Source: an uncultured Methanosarcinales archaeon (GTDB taxonomy: Archaea; Nanobdellota; Nanobdellia; Woesearchaeales; DSVV01). Taken from it: 20,000 bases of DNA. The notes under the pieces are model-generated. The model was not told where the DNA came from and ran no database searches. It was given only the letters and a program-made list of their open reading frames with translations. Every line of letters starts with the position of its first letter. The first letter of the stretch is position 1. The stretch covers positions 50,370 to 70,369 of the forward strand of contig CAZQHZ010000003.1 in the NCBI GenBank assembly GCA_964593285.1, read 5' to 3'. A program made the position numbers and the translations under genes. Shown piece after piece: positions 6,265 through 15,810 of this stretch.

Positions 6265-7530
6265 ATGAGAATAAAAAATTTTATAATAAATAAATTTTTG
6301 TTAGTATCTTTTTTAATGTTGATATTTTGTATGGGTTTTGTATTTGCACAAATTTCAAATTCAGATGCACTTAGAATTAGTCTTGTAAATCAAGAGCCAG
6401 ATCCGGCTGAACCTGGTAGATATGTGGATGTTAGATTTATGCTTGAAAATATTGGTTCTGAGGATTTAGATGATATAGAAGTTGAATTTTTAGAAACTTA
6501 TCCTTTTACATTAGATCAAGATGATGCATTGAAAAAAATAGGTAAATTGGCATCTTTTCAAAAAGATCAAAATGCTTTAATTATTAAGTATAAAGTTAGA
6601 GTTGATAATAATGCAATAGAAGGTGAAAATACTTTAAAATTACGTTTAAAAAAAGGGGATGGTGATTGGCTTACCTATAGTTTTGACATAAGAGTTAGGG
6701 TAAAAGATGCAACATTATCGCTTGAACAAGTAACAACCAATCCATCACCAATATTACCTGGAAGTGATTCAACTATATCTTTAAAAGTAAAAAATTTAGC
6801 AGAATCTCCTCTAAAAGATATTAGTGTTATTTTAGATTTAACACTTTTAAGTTTTGGAACTCAAAATATTGAAGCATTACCTTTTGCTCCAATGGATTCT
6901 GGAAAAGAAAAAAAAATTTGGAAGTTAAATTCAAAAGAAGAAGCTATATTTAATTTTAATATAAGAGCATATCCGAGTGCAGAATCAAGGGTTTATAAAA
7001 TACCTGTAGTAATTAAATATTATGATCTTTTAGGAAATGAATTTGAAAAAAATGATTTAATTGGTGTTGTTGTAAATTCAGAATCGCAAGTCGGTGTTGT
7101 TTTAGATGATACAGATATAAAACGAGCTAAAACTAAAGGAGATGTTTCTTTTAAATTTGTAAATAAGGGTCTTGGTGTAATTAAATTTTTGAATGTAGAG
7201 ATTGAAAAATCAGAAGATTTTGAAATTTTATCTTCAAATAATGTTTATTTAGGTAACATAGATTCAGATGATTTTGATTTTGCAGATTTTAATATTTATG
7301 TTAAGGAAGGTGTTGAAGAATTAATGATTCCTATAAAATATGAATTCTTTGATTCAAATAATAATAAATATGAAATGCGTGAAGAAATTAAAGTTAATTT
7401 ATTTACAGAAGAAAGATTAAATGAATTAGGATTTATTGAAGAAAAAAATAATTTACCAATAATTATTTTAGTAGTTGTTTTAATTTTAGGATTTGTAATT
7501 TATAGATTTTATAGGAGATGCAAAAAATAA
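6265..7530 (+). CDS. COG1361 (S-layer-domain-like) secreted, C-terminally membrane-anchored protein
   Basis: Signal peptide, NQEPDPAEPG motif, repeated Ig-like segments, YLGNIDSDD and a C-terminal TM. It sits between the ABC ATPase and the permeases, as is typical in archaea. Confidence 0.8.
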   Translation: MRIKNFIINKFLLVSFLMLIFCMGFVFAQISNSDALRISLVNQEPDPAEPGRYVDVRFMLENIGSEDLDDIEVEFLETYPFTLDQDDALKKIGKLASFQKDQNALIIKYKVRVDNNAIEGENTLKLRLKKGDGDWLTYSFDIRVRVKDATLSLEQVTTNPSPILPGSDSTISLKVKNLAESPLKDISVILDLTLLSFGTQNIEALPFAPMDSGKEKKIWKLNSKEEAIFNFNIRAYPSAESRVYKIPVVIKYYDLLGNEFEKNDLIGVVVNSESQVGVVLDDTDIKRAKTKGDVSFKFVNKGLGVIKFLNVEIEKSEDFEILSSNNVYLGNIDSDDFDFADFNIYVKEGVEELMIPIKYEFFDSNNNKYEMREEIKVNLFTEERLNELGFIEEKNNLPIIILVVVLILGFVIYRFYRRCKK

Positions 7531-7586
7531 TTTCTTTTTTTTATTTTTTTTAAATATTTTTATTAAAAAGAAAGTTGGTTTAAAAA

Positions 7587-8816
7587 ATGATTGTTGATTA
7601 TTTTAAGTTTGCATTGAAAAATCTTTTGAGGCGAAAACTTCGAAGTTGGCTTACATTAATTGGGATTATTATTGGTATAACTTTTGTTGTTGCATTAATT
7701 GGTGTTGGCCAAGCTCTTCAGGTTGCTTTAGGTGGTATTTTTGGAACTCTTGGAACTGATGAAATTACTATTAGTGCAACGGGTGGTTTTGGTCCCCCTG
7801 GAAGTGGTGTTGTAAAACCACTTACTGTGTCTAATTTAAATAAAATTCAACGTGTGAGTAATGTTGATGTTGCATCTGGATCATTAGTTAAATCAGGTAA
7901 ATTTGAATATAATAAAAAACTTAGTTTTGGTTATTCAATTAGTATGCCTGTTGATAAAAATGAACGAGTTATTGTTGAAAATGATTTAAAAAATGAAATT
8001 TATCAAGGTAGATTACTTAGAGCATCTGATAGTAGAAAGGTTTTAGTTGGATATAGTTTTAAAGATTTGACTGAATTTTTTGGAAGAGAAATAACTGTTG
8101 GTTCAAGAGTTTTAATTCAAGATAAACAATTTGAAGTTATTGGAATTATTGAAAAACAAGGAAATTTTATTTTTGATTCATCTGTTTATATGAATGAAGA
8201 TGATTTACGAGATTTATTTAATGTTTCATCAGATGCATATGATATAATAACTGTTTTAATTAGAGATGAAAATAAAATTCAAGAAACTAAAAAAGATTTA
8301 GAAAGGCTTATGAGAAAAGAGCGAAATGTAGGAGAAGGTAATGAAGATTTTACAGTAAGTACTGCAAAAGATGTTGCAGATTCAGTTGGTTCAATTGTTG
8401 GTGGAGTTAATTTATTTGTTTATGCAATAGCTGCAATTTCAATTTTAGTTGGTGGGATTGGTATTATGAATACAATGTTTATGTCTGTTACTGAACGAAC
8501 AAGAGATATTGGAATTATGAAATCGGTTGGTGCAAAAAATAGTACAATATTTGGTTTATTTTTTATTGAATCAGGTTTTCTTGGTTGTGTTGGAGGAATT
8601 GTTGGAGTAATACTTGGTTCAATATTTGCAATTATTGGAACTTTTGCTCTTGAAGCATTTTTAGGTGGTGCAATACAGATAAAAGCTAATATTAATTTAA
8701 TATTAATAGCATCGTCAGTTTTAGGTTCATTTGTGGTTGGAAGTATTTTTGGAATTATTCCTGCAATTAAAGCATCTAATTTACATCCAGTTGATGCATT
8801 AAGACATAAAAAATAG
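7587..8816 (+). CDS. ABC transporter permease (MacB/FtsX family)
   Basis: RRKLRSWLTLIGIIIG, GGIGIMNTMFMSVTERTRDIGIMKSVGA and PAIKASNLHPVDALR motifs. Confidence 0.95.
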   Translation: MIVDYFKFALKNLLRRKLRSWLTLIGIIIGITFVVALIGVGQALQVALGGIFGTLGTDEITISATGGFGPPGSGVVKPLTVSNLNKIQRVSNVDVASGSLVKSGKFEYNKKLSFGYSISMPVDKNERVIVENDLKNEIYQGRLLRASDSRKVLVGYSFKDLTEFFGREITVGSRVLIQDKQFEVIGIIEKQGNFIFDSSVYMNEDDLRDLFNVSSDAYDIITVLIRDENKIQETKKDLERLMRKERNVGEGNEDFTVSTAKDVADSVGSIVGGVNLFVYAIAAISILVGGIGIMNTMFMSVTERTRDIGIMKSVGAKNSTIFGLFFIESGFLGCVGGIVGVILGSIFAIIGTFALEAFLGGAIQIKANINLILIASSVLGSFVVGSIFGIIPAIKASNLHPVDALRHKK

Positions 8817-8825
8817 GTAATAAAA

Positions 8826-10046
8826 ATGATAAAAGATTTGATAAAATACGTTTCAAAAAACTTTTTTTTAAATTTTACAAGAAGTATTCTTAGTATTATT
8901 TCTATTACCTTTGGAATAATGGCTATTTTTGCGTTACTTAGTTTTGGTCAAGGTTTAACTAAATATGTAAATGATATGGCAGAAGATATGGGTGTTGATA
9001 CTTTAACTGCTATGCCTAGAGGAGCTGGTGGTCCTGGTGCAACTGGAACTTATCTTACTAAATCTGATGTTGATTTTATAAATAGACAGCGTGGTGTTGA
9101 TAATGCAGTTGGTTTTGTTTTTAATCAGGCAGAAATAAAGGTTAATCTAAAAGAAAGAGGCAAATGGTTTTATATTATTGGAATGCCAGTTGATTCACAA
9201 AATTACCATTTTGCAAGAGAAATGTTTAGTATGTTTGATATTGTTGATGGAAGATATTTTAGCATTGGTGAAAAAGGGAAAGTGATTTTAGGTTATAATT
9301 ATATGTTTGATGGAAAAATTTTTCAAAGGGCATTAAAAACAGGAGATAGAATTTATATAAATGAAAAAAGATTTGAAATTATTGGTTTTTTTGATGAAGT
9401 TGGAAGTCCACAAGATGATGGTCAAATTTATTTATCAACACAAGATGCGGAAGGTCTTTTTAATTTAAAAGATAAATATGGTATGATTTATATTAAGGCA
9501 CAGCAAAATACAAACCCTAGTGATTTAGCAGAATATTTAACTGATAGATTACGGAGACATAAAAATCAAAAATTAGGTCAGGAAGATTTTAATATAGAAA
9601 CTTTAGAATCACAAATTAAAATGTTTAATGATTTAGTTAATTTATTAAATGGTATTTTGATTTTAATTGCATTAGTTTCAGTTTTGGTTGCAGGAGTTAA
9701 TATTGCAAATACTATGTATACTACAGTTATGGAGAGAACAAAAGAGATTGGTATAATGAAAAGTATTGGTGCAAAGAATAATTATATTAGAAATATTTTT
9801 ATGATAGAATCTGGATTTATTGGAATTTGTGGTGGAATCCTTGGTGTAATTTTAGGTTATATTGTTGCTTCAATTATAGGTTATATTGCAAATATTGCAG
9901 GTTTTGGAATGCTAACACCTTATTTTCCAATGTGGCTTGTAATTGCATGCATTTTATTTGCAACATTAATTGGTTCTTTATCTGGATTTTTACCTGCAAA
10001 TCAAGCATCTAAGTTAAAGCCAGTAGACGCTCTGCGAAGCGAATGA
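8826..10046 (+). CDS. ABC transporter permease (MacB/FtsX family), paralog
   Basis: NTMYTTVMERTKEIGIMKSIGA and PANQASKLKPVDALR motifs. Confidence 0.95.
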   Translation: MIKDLIKYVSKNFFLNFTRSILSIISITFGIMAIFALLSFGQGLTKYVNDMAEDMGVDTLTAMPRGAGGPGATGTYLTKSDVDFINRQRGVDNAVGFVFNQAEIKVNLKERGKWFYIIGMPVDSQNYHFAREMFSMFDIVDGRYFSIGEKGKVILGYNYMFDGKIFQRALKTGDRIYINEKRFEIIGFFDEVGSPQDDGQIYLSTQDAEGLFNLKDKYGMIYIKAQQNTNPSDLAEYLTDRLRRHKNQKLGQEDFNIETLESQIKMFNDLVNLLNGILILIALVSVLVAGVNIANTMYTTVMERTKEIGIMKSIGAKNNYIRNIFMIESGFIGICGGILGVILGYIVASIIGYIANIAGFGMLTPYFPMWLVIACILFATLIGSLSGFLPANQASKLKPVDALRSE

Positions 10047-10214
10047 TTTTATTAATTTTTTATAAGTTAAAAACTTTTTAATGAAATATTAGTGATTAAA
10101 AAATAAAAAGAGAAACAATCAAAACAAGGAAATAAGATCTTTTTTAATTGATAAAAATAATTATGATTGATTGGCTTTTAGTTAAAAAAATTGAAACAGA
10201 GAAAGTAATTTAAA

Positions 10215-10436
10215 ATGGATAAAAAACAAAAAAAAGAATTCACTAAATATGTTGGATTTGGTTTGATATTAGGTGTTTGTATAGGATTTGGTTTTGGAAT
10301 GATTATAATTGGGTCAATTTATGCACCTATTTTTGCTGGTGTTGGAGCCGGAATAGGTTTAGTGATGGGATCAATAATTGGACGTGCTAAAATAAAAATA
10401 TGGAAAAATTATTTTTTTAAAAGAGTGAATTTTTAA
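10215..10436 (+). CDS. Small glycine-zipper membrane protein
   Basis: GxxxG repeats (GFGLILGVCIGFGFG, GVGAGIGLVMG). The 3' end abuts the scaffold gap overlap. Confidence 0.65.
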   Translation: MDKKQKKEFTKYVGFGLILGVCIGFGFGMIIIGSIYAPIFAGVGAGIGLVMGSIIGRAKIKIWKNYFFKRVNF

Positions 10437-10458
10437 TTTATAACAATATTATTTTTCA

Positions 10459-10558
10459 NNNNNNNNNNNNNNNNNNNNNNNNNNNNNNNNNNNNNNNNNN
10501 NNNNNNNNNNNNNNNNNNNNNNNNNNNNNNNNNNNNNNNNNNNNNNNNNNNNNNNNNN
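10459..10558. other. Scaffold gap (100 N) with a 55-bp duplicated overlap
   Basis: 10404-10458 is identical to 10559-10613. Confidence 0.95.
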
Positions 10559-10603
10559 AAAAATTATTTTTTTAAAAGAGTGAATTTTTAATTTATAACA
10601 ATA

Positions 10604-11599
10604 TTATTTTTCAAATTTATTAATATACTGCATTATTTTCTCTTTCATGTTTTTTTTTAATTCAGTATTAAAATCAAATTTTTCTAAATCTTTATCAATG
10701 TCAAATTTTGGTAATTTTGTTAAATTGCTAGTCATATTTCTATTAGCTTCTTTTATTTGATCTTCAATTAATTTAGTATCTTTTGTATTAAATTTTTTTA
10801 ATACTGGAAACTTTGTTATTGCATTAGCTCCTGCTTTTAAGATTATTTTTGTGTATTCTGGGGTTTTTGGGGTTAGTCCTGCAATTATTTTTAATTTTGG
10901 AAAATTAATTCTAGTATTTGCAATCCACCAAGAATAATATTCAATTGAAGGACTTTTTGTGTAAGGAGTTTCTTTTATTGGTTTTAGTGCATAAAATGTA
11001 ATTTGATCTAATTTGTGTTTTTTTATAAAATCAAATAATAAATTAATATCTTCTTTTTTTTCATTTAATCCTATTACAATTGTGATGCTTTTTTTAAGTT
11101 TTAATGAATTAGCAATATCTAACATCTCTTCATATGGTTTTATTGGTTTTTCTGGACATATTTTATTATGTAATTCTTCTTCAATTGTTTCAATTGATGC
11201 ACAAATACCTTTAATATATGGCTTTAATTTAATCATTTCCTCTTTTGATAAAACACCTAAATTAATCCAAATTTTTTCATTGTAAATTTCTGATACTTTT
11301 TTTGTAATATCAACTATTTCATCAAATTCAAATATGCCATATCCTCCTGTTAAAAATTCTATTTTAAAACCTAATTTTTTCCCAAGATATGCATCTGTTA
11401 AAATAGATGCAACACTTCGTTTTGCATTTTTTGAATGTTTAATTTTATGTTTTATAGTTGATCTAAAACAAAAATCACAGCTACCTTTATCACAATACCA
11501 GCTGAGAAAAATGCATCTTCCAAAGTAAGTTTCATTATTAAAATTTTCATTATATACTTTATTTGCTTTAAAAATTAATTCTTGTAATTTATCATCCAT
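10604..11599 (-). CDS. Radical SAM protein, archaeal BioB-like family, CX4CX2C cluster motif
   Basis: LSWYCDKGSCDFC, FLTGGYG, SIETIEEELHNKICPEK and AGANAITKFP motifs. Confidence 0.85.
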   Translation of the reverse strand: MDDKLQELIFKANKVYNENFNNETYFGRCIFLSWYCDKGSCDFCFRSTIKHKIKHSKNAKRSVASILTDAYLGKKLGFKIEFLTGGYGIFEFDEIVDITKKVSEIYNEKIWINLGVLSKEEMIKLKPYIKGICASIETIEEELHNKICPEKPIKPYEEMLDIANSLKLKKSITIVIGLNEKKEDINLLFDFIKKHKLDQITFYALKPIKETPYTKSPSIEYYSWWIANTRINFPKLKIIAGLTPKTPEYTKIILKAGANAITKFPVLKKFNTKDTKLIEDQIKEANRNMTSNLTKLPKFDIDKDLEKFDFNTELKKNMKEKIMQYINKFEK

Positions 11600-11650
11600 T
11601 TTTTAGAAAATTAGTTATTTATTTAAAAATTTTATTTATTAATTGTTATT

Positions 11651-12289
11651 TTACACTAAACCATCAACTTCTTTATTTAATCTATCAAAGAATTCTTTCA
11701 TGAATTTATCTCTTGATTTAGCAATTCTTTTTCCTTCTTTTGTTAACATTTTATTTTTTATTTTTTTTAATTTTACAAGATATTCTCTATATGCTGTATC
11801 TTCTTTTGTATATGATTTTGTATTTTTTATATCTACATTTTTATCATGTAATTTTGCATTAACTTCTCCTGCAAACAAAAAAGCTCTCCCAATTCCAACT
11901 GCACCAATGGAATCTAATTTATCAGAATCAAATAAAATTTTTGCTTCAAGGGTTTTTGGTTTGTTTTCTCCTCTAAATCTGTGTGATTTAATACAATGAA
12001 TTACTTCATTTATTATTTTTTCATTGAAATTATATTTTTTTAAAATTTTTTTTGCAAGTTTTGCTCCATATTCAGCATGACATATTTTTCCTTTTACTTT
12101 ATCTTCCTTATTTCTTGCAATATCATGCATTAATGCTGCAATTTTTAAAACATTTAAATTTCCTTTTTCTATCTTTCCAATATGCATACAAAGATTATAA
12201 ACTCTTTTTGTGTGTTCAAAATCATGGCTTCCTTTTGATTTTAAAAAACAATTTTTAATTTCTTCCAATAATTCTTTATTTACAACCAT
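11651..12289 (-). CDS. HD-domain phosphohydrolase (YedJ-like)
   Basis: HDFEHTKRV, AALMHDIAR, HAEYGA, SHRF and DSDKLDSIGAVGIGR motifs. Confidence 0.9.
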   Translation of the reverse strand: MVVNKELLEEIKNCFLKSKGSHDFEHTKRVYNLCMHIGKIEKGNLNVLKIAALMHDIARNKEDKVKGKICHAEYGAKLAKKILKKYNFNEKIINEVIHCIKSHRFRGENKPKTLEAKILFDSDKLDSIGAVGIGRAFLFAGEVNAKLHDKNVDIKNTKSYTKEDTAYREYLVKLKKIKNKMLTKEGKRIAKSRDKFMKEFFDRLNKEVDGLV

Positions 12290-12464
12290 TTTTATTTTTT
12301 ATATATAATTCGTTTAAATTTTTTATATTATGTTATAATTATTTGCATATTATTTTAATAACTTTGTTTGGATTACTTTGTTTTAGATTAGTTATTATTG
12401 CAAAAATATTTACATAATTTTATTGCTATTTTTATTTTATAAAAGTTACAATATGGATACTAAG

Positions 12465-12749
12465 CTAAAAACCATATTTTTTATGTGCAGATTCAATAGA
12501 TAATATTTCAACAACTCGCACAATTTTTTCTTTCTCATTAATTATATAAAAAGCAGTATAAGATCTTCCTATATGTAATCTATATCTATCTTTTCCACCA
12601 ATTATAATTCGTTCTTTGTCACCTGTTCCTCTTCCTGGATATGGGAAATAAAGTTTTTCAAGATTCTTTTTACATATTGATTTACTTTTTGAATTTAAGG
12701 AATGTAAAAAATTTAAAACATCATCAGATAATAATATTTTATAAGGCAT
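12465..12749 (-). CDS. relE: Type II toxin, RelE/ParE family
   Basis: 94 aa, with YRLHIGRSYTAFY..I..VRVVEI pattern. It abuts a small upstream gene. Confidence 0.75.
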   Translation of the reverse strand: MPYKILLSDDVLNFLHSLNSKSKSICKKNLEKLYFPYPGRGTGDKERIIIGGKDRYRLHIGRSYTAFYIINEKEKIVRVVEILSIESAHKKYGF

Positions 12750-12947
12750 TTAAATATCCTCAAGATTAGTCCAGTTCCCTTTTCCTTTTTGTGCGGCATT
12801 CATTTTTGCTGAAAGTTCTTTTCTATTATAAGATCTCATTAATTCAAAAAGAAGTTCATCATATGTTTGACCAGCTTCCTTCATTTTTCCAAGTGTTTTC
12901 CACATTTCTTCTGAAACCGGAATCCTTTTATTCATAGTTTGTACCAT
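12750..12947 (-). CDS. Putative antitoxin (RHH-like); true start likely ATG at 12947 (65 aa)
   Basis: MVQTMNKRIPVSEEMWKTLGKMKEAGQTYDELLFEL ribbon-helix-helix pattern. TTTAAATA lies about 26-33 nt upstream, suggesting a leaderless transcript. Confidence 0.75.
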   Translation of the reverse strand: MVQTMNKRIPVSEEMWKTLGKMKEAGQTYDELLFELMRSYNRKELSAKMNAAQKGKGNWTNLEDI

Positions 12948-12963
12948 TTTACAATATTGTAAA
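12948..12963. promoter_or_regulatory. 16-bp perfect palindrome directly upstream of the antitoxin start; candidate autoregulatory operator
   Basis: TTTACAATATTGTAAA, lying between the TATA box and the ATG. Confidence 0.55.
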
Positions 12964-13240
12964 TATTGATAATATTTAAAATTTATCATTTTAAGTTATT
13001 CTTCTTTATTAATTTGTTAGTAATCTTTTTTAGATATTTTTTATAATTTTTATTTGTCGTAAATGTATATTTTAAAGTCAATTTTTTTTGTATATTAATA
13101 TGTTTCAATTTATAAGATGTTAATCAATTCAAAAACATAATTTTTTATAAACAACCATATTTTGAAAATGTTATGTATTTTTATTTATCACAAATTTTAA
13201 ATATTTATTTAGTTATACAATAAAATCGGAGGGGTTTTTA

Positions 13241-13579
13241 ATGATTTATCCAAAGCACGATGTTTCATATAAATATACGGTTGAGCCTGCAAAAATTACT
13301 TGTGTTTATAAAAATTCAAGTAAAGATAATTTAAATTATACAATGCATTTAAAATTGGATAATTTAAATGTTAGAGATAATACAAATTATATTTTAAATT
13401 TAAACCATGATGATTTATTAAAATTATCTAAAGAATATGGTTTGAAAGATATTTTAGAATTAAATAAACAAAGTGTAATGACTATATTTAATGATAAGGG
13501 ACTTTCTGGAATTGTTTCTAATGAATATGCAAAAAAAGCTACTGCAAAACAATTATTGAGAGATTATCATAAAAGATAA
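13241..13579 (+). CDS. Hypothetical protein
   Basis: 112-aa ORF preceded by SD-like GGAGGGG and a TATA-like TTTAAATA. Confidence 0.6.
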   Translation: MIYPKHDVSYKYTVEPAKITCVYKNSSKDNLNYTMHLKLDNLNVRDNTNYILNLNHDDLLKLSKEYGLKDILELNKQSVMTIFNDKGLSGIVSNEYAKKATAKQLLRDYHKR

Positions 13580-13592
13580 TTATTTTTTTAAT

Positions 13593-13784
13593 TTTTACAA
13601 GAAAGTTCAAGAAATAATTAATAGAGATAAAAAGTCAATAAGTATGTATAAAAATTTAAAATCACCAATGAATCAATTTAAAAGAATACATTTAACTGAT
13701 AATTATATCTTATTATTTATTATTGAAAAAAAGCATGTTGTGTTTATTGATATTAAACATTTTGATAATGTTTATAGAAAGTAA
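13593..13784 (+). pseudogene. 5'-truncated RelE-family toxin remnant (not in the ORF track)
   Basis: Translates to FYKKVQEIINRDKKSISMYKNLKSPMNQFKRIHLTDNYILLFIIEKKHVVFIDIKHFDNVYRK*. There is an upstream in-frame TGA at 13557 and no ATG before the homologous region. Confidence 0.65.
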
Positions 13785-13856
13785 CTTGAAAAAATTATAA
13801 ATTTTTCATAATTTTATAAGCAAAATATAAAAACAACGAAATATTATTAATTTAAA

Positions 13857-14495
13857 ATGTTAATTTGTGGAATAGATGAAGCTGGAAGAGGTCCTGTTAT
13901 TGGTCCGATGGTAATTTCTGGATTTATGTGTGAAGAATATTTATTAGATAAATTAACAAGATTAGAAATAAAAGATTCAAAAAAAATTTTACCAAATAAA
14001 AGAGAAAAAATTTTTGAAAAATTAATTAAATTAGATTCAAAATTTTTTATTATAAAAATATCGCCAAAAGAGATTGATGATGCACTAGAAAGTGCGACAA
14101 TTAATCTAAATTGGCTTGAGGCTATAAACACTGCAAAAATTATTAATAAATTAAAACCAAAAAAAGCTTATATTGATTGTCCAAGTAGTAATTGTTTAAA
14201 TTATAAAAATTATCTTTTAAATCTTTTAGATGATAAAAATATTGAATTAATAATTGAACATAAAGCCGACGATAAGTATATGGTTTCTGGTGCTGCTAGT
14301 ATTTTAGCTAAAGTTACACGAGATAGAGAAATTGTAAAATTAAAGGAGATACATGGTGATTTTGGTTCAGGATATCCTTCAGATCCAAAAACTATTGAAT
14401 TTATTAAAGAAAATTATAATTTGCCTATTTTTAGAAAATCATGGAATACATGGAAAAAAGCAAATAAATCACAAAAACAATTGTCTTATTTTTAA
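13857..14495 (+). CDS. rnhB: Ribonuclease HII
   Basis: GIDEAGRGPVIGPMV, DSKK, HKAD, AASILAKVTRD and GSGYPSDP motifs. Confidence 0.97.
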   Translation: MLICGIDEAGRGPVIGPMVISGFMCEEYLLDKLTRLEIKDSKKILPNKREKIFEKLIKLDSKFFIIKISPKEIDDALESATINLNWLEAINTAKIINKLKPKKAYIDCPSSNCLNYKNYLLNLLDDKNIELIIEHKADDKYMVSGAASILAKVTRDREIVKLKEIHGDFGSGYPSDPKTIEFIKENYNLPIFRKSWNTWKKANKSQKQLSYF

Positions 14496-14525
14496 TGGAT
14501 TAATTAAGAAATAATAAATAAAAAA

Positions 14526-14798
14526 TTATTCTTCATCCTCATCTGAATTGTATGATGGAACTGCAGCTTTTGAGATAATCATGATATCACCAATACTTTT
14601 AACTAATTGATGAGGAACAATTACACCTTTAGCGCTTCCTAAAATTCTATTTAAATAAGAATTTTTAGTCGATCTAACTCTCCAACCAAATATTTTATTT
14701 TGTGTTAATATTGATTCTTCAATATCTCCAAAATATTCTCCTGAATCTGTAAAAACTTTCATTTCATAGCTTTCGGTTATTTTTTTCATATTAAGCAT
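14526..14798 (-). CDS. PRC-barrel domain protein (CdpB-like); start likely ATG at 14798
   Basis: VFTDSGEYFGDIEE...VIVPHQLVKSIGDIMII PRC pattern, with SD GGAGGT upstream of the ATG. Confidence 0.85.
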   Translation of the reverse strand: MLNMKKITESYEMKVFTDSGEYFGDIEESILTQNKIFGWRVRSTKNSYLNRILGSAKGVIVPHQLVKSIGDIMIISKAAVPSYNSDEDEE

Positions 14799-15062
14799 TT
14801 TAAATACCTCCAAATAAATCTAATAATATTATATTACTATACAAATTTATAAAACTATTTAAATGTTTCTATGTTTACTTATAATTTAAAATATAAATTT
14901 TCTGATTTTTTTAATTTTGTGCTATTTTTATTACTATATAATTATATTTCTTGGTATTTTTATTATTTAATTTTTAATTTCTACATTAAATATTTAAATT
15001 ATTAATCAGTATTCTATTTTATTATAAATAAAAATTTTGAAAATATTGGTTTTTAATAAAAA

Positions 15063-15794
15063 ATGGAAAAAAAATTAATAATTGTTGGAACATCTCATAT
15101 TGCAAAAGATAGTGTTGAGAAAGTAAAGGAAACTATATTAAAATTTAAACCAGATGTTGTTGGAATTGAATTAGATGTTTTACGATATAAAAATTTAGTT
15201 TTAGAATACAAAAATAAAAATCGAGCTAACAAAAAATATAGTTATATTTCAAGTATTAGACAAATTGGTTTTAAGGGTTTTATTTTTGCAATGTTTGGTT
15301 CATATGGTATAAAAAAATTATCTAAATATACTGGTACAAAACCTGGTGGTGAAATGCTTGAAGCATCACTTATTGCAAATCAAAATAATATTAAAGTTGC
15401 ATTAATTGATCAAAATATTAATGTTACATTATCTGATTTTTCTAAATCTTTAACATTTAGGGAAATTATGAAATTTTTTGCTGATTTTTTTAAAGCATTA
15501 TTTAACCCTAAAAAACAAATTAAAGAATTAGGAATAAGTTTTAATTTAAATGAAGTTCCAAAAGAAGAAGTAATTGAAAAAATGATTAATTATTTGAAAT
15601 TTAGGTACCCTAGTATTTATAATGTATTAGTTCATAAAAGGAATGTTTATATGTCAAAAAAGATTATTCATTTAATGAAAAGGGATGATATTAATAAAAT
15701 GGTGGTTGTTGTTGGTGCCGGCCATAAGAAAGGGATGATTGATTTTTTAAATGAGCAACCAAGTGCTGTATTTGATATTGAAGTTGTTTTATAA
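15063..15794 (+). CDS. TraB/PrgY (pheromone-shutdown) family protein
   Basis: IVGTSHI, PDVVGIELD, PGGEM, LID, LVHKRNVYM and VVVVGAGH motifs. Confidence 0.9.
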   Translation: MEKKLIIVGTSHIAKDSVEKVKETILKFKPDVVGIELDVLRYKNLVLEYKNKNRANKKYSYISSIRQIGFKGFIFAMFGSYGIKKLSKYTGTKPGGEMLEASLIANQNNIKVALIDQNINVTLSDFSKSLTFREIMKFFADFFKALFNPKKQIKELGISFNLNEVPKEEVIEKMINYLKFRYPSIYNVLVHKRNVYMSKKIIHLMKRDDINKMVVVVGAGHKKGMIDFLNEQPSAVFDIEVVL

Positions 15795-15810
15795 TTTTTT
15801 AAAATATATT

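Noticed and set aside
10404..10613. 55-bp direct repeat flanking the N run
   Set aside because: An exact overlap on both sides of a 100-N gap is typical of a k-mer scaffolding artefact, not a biological repeat or att site.
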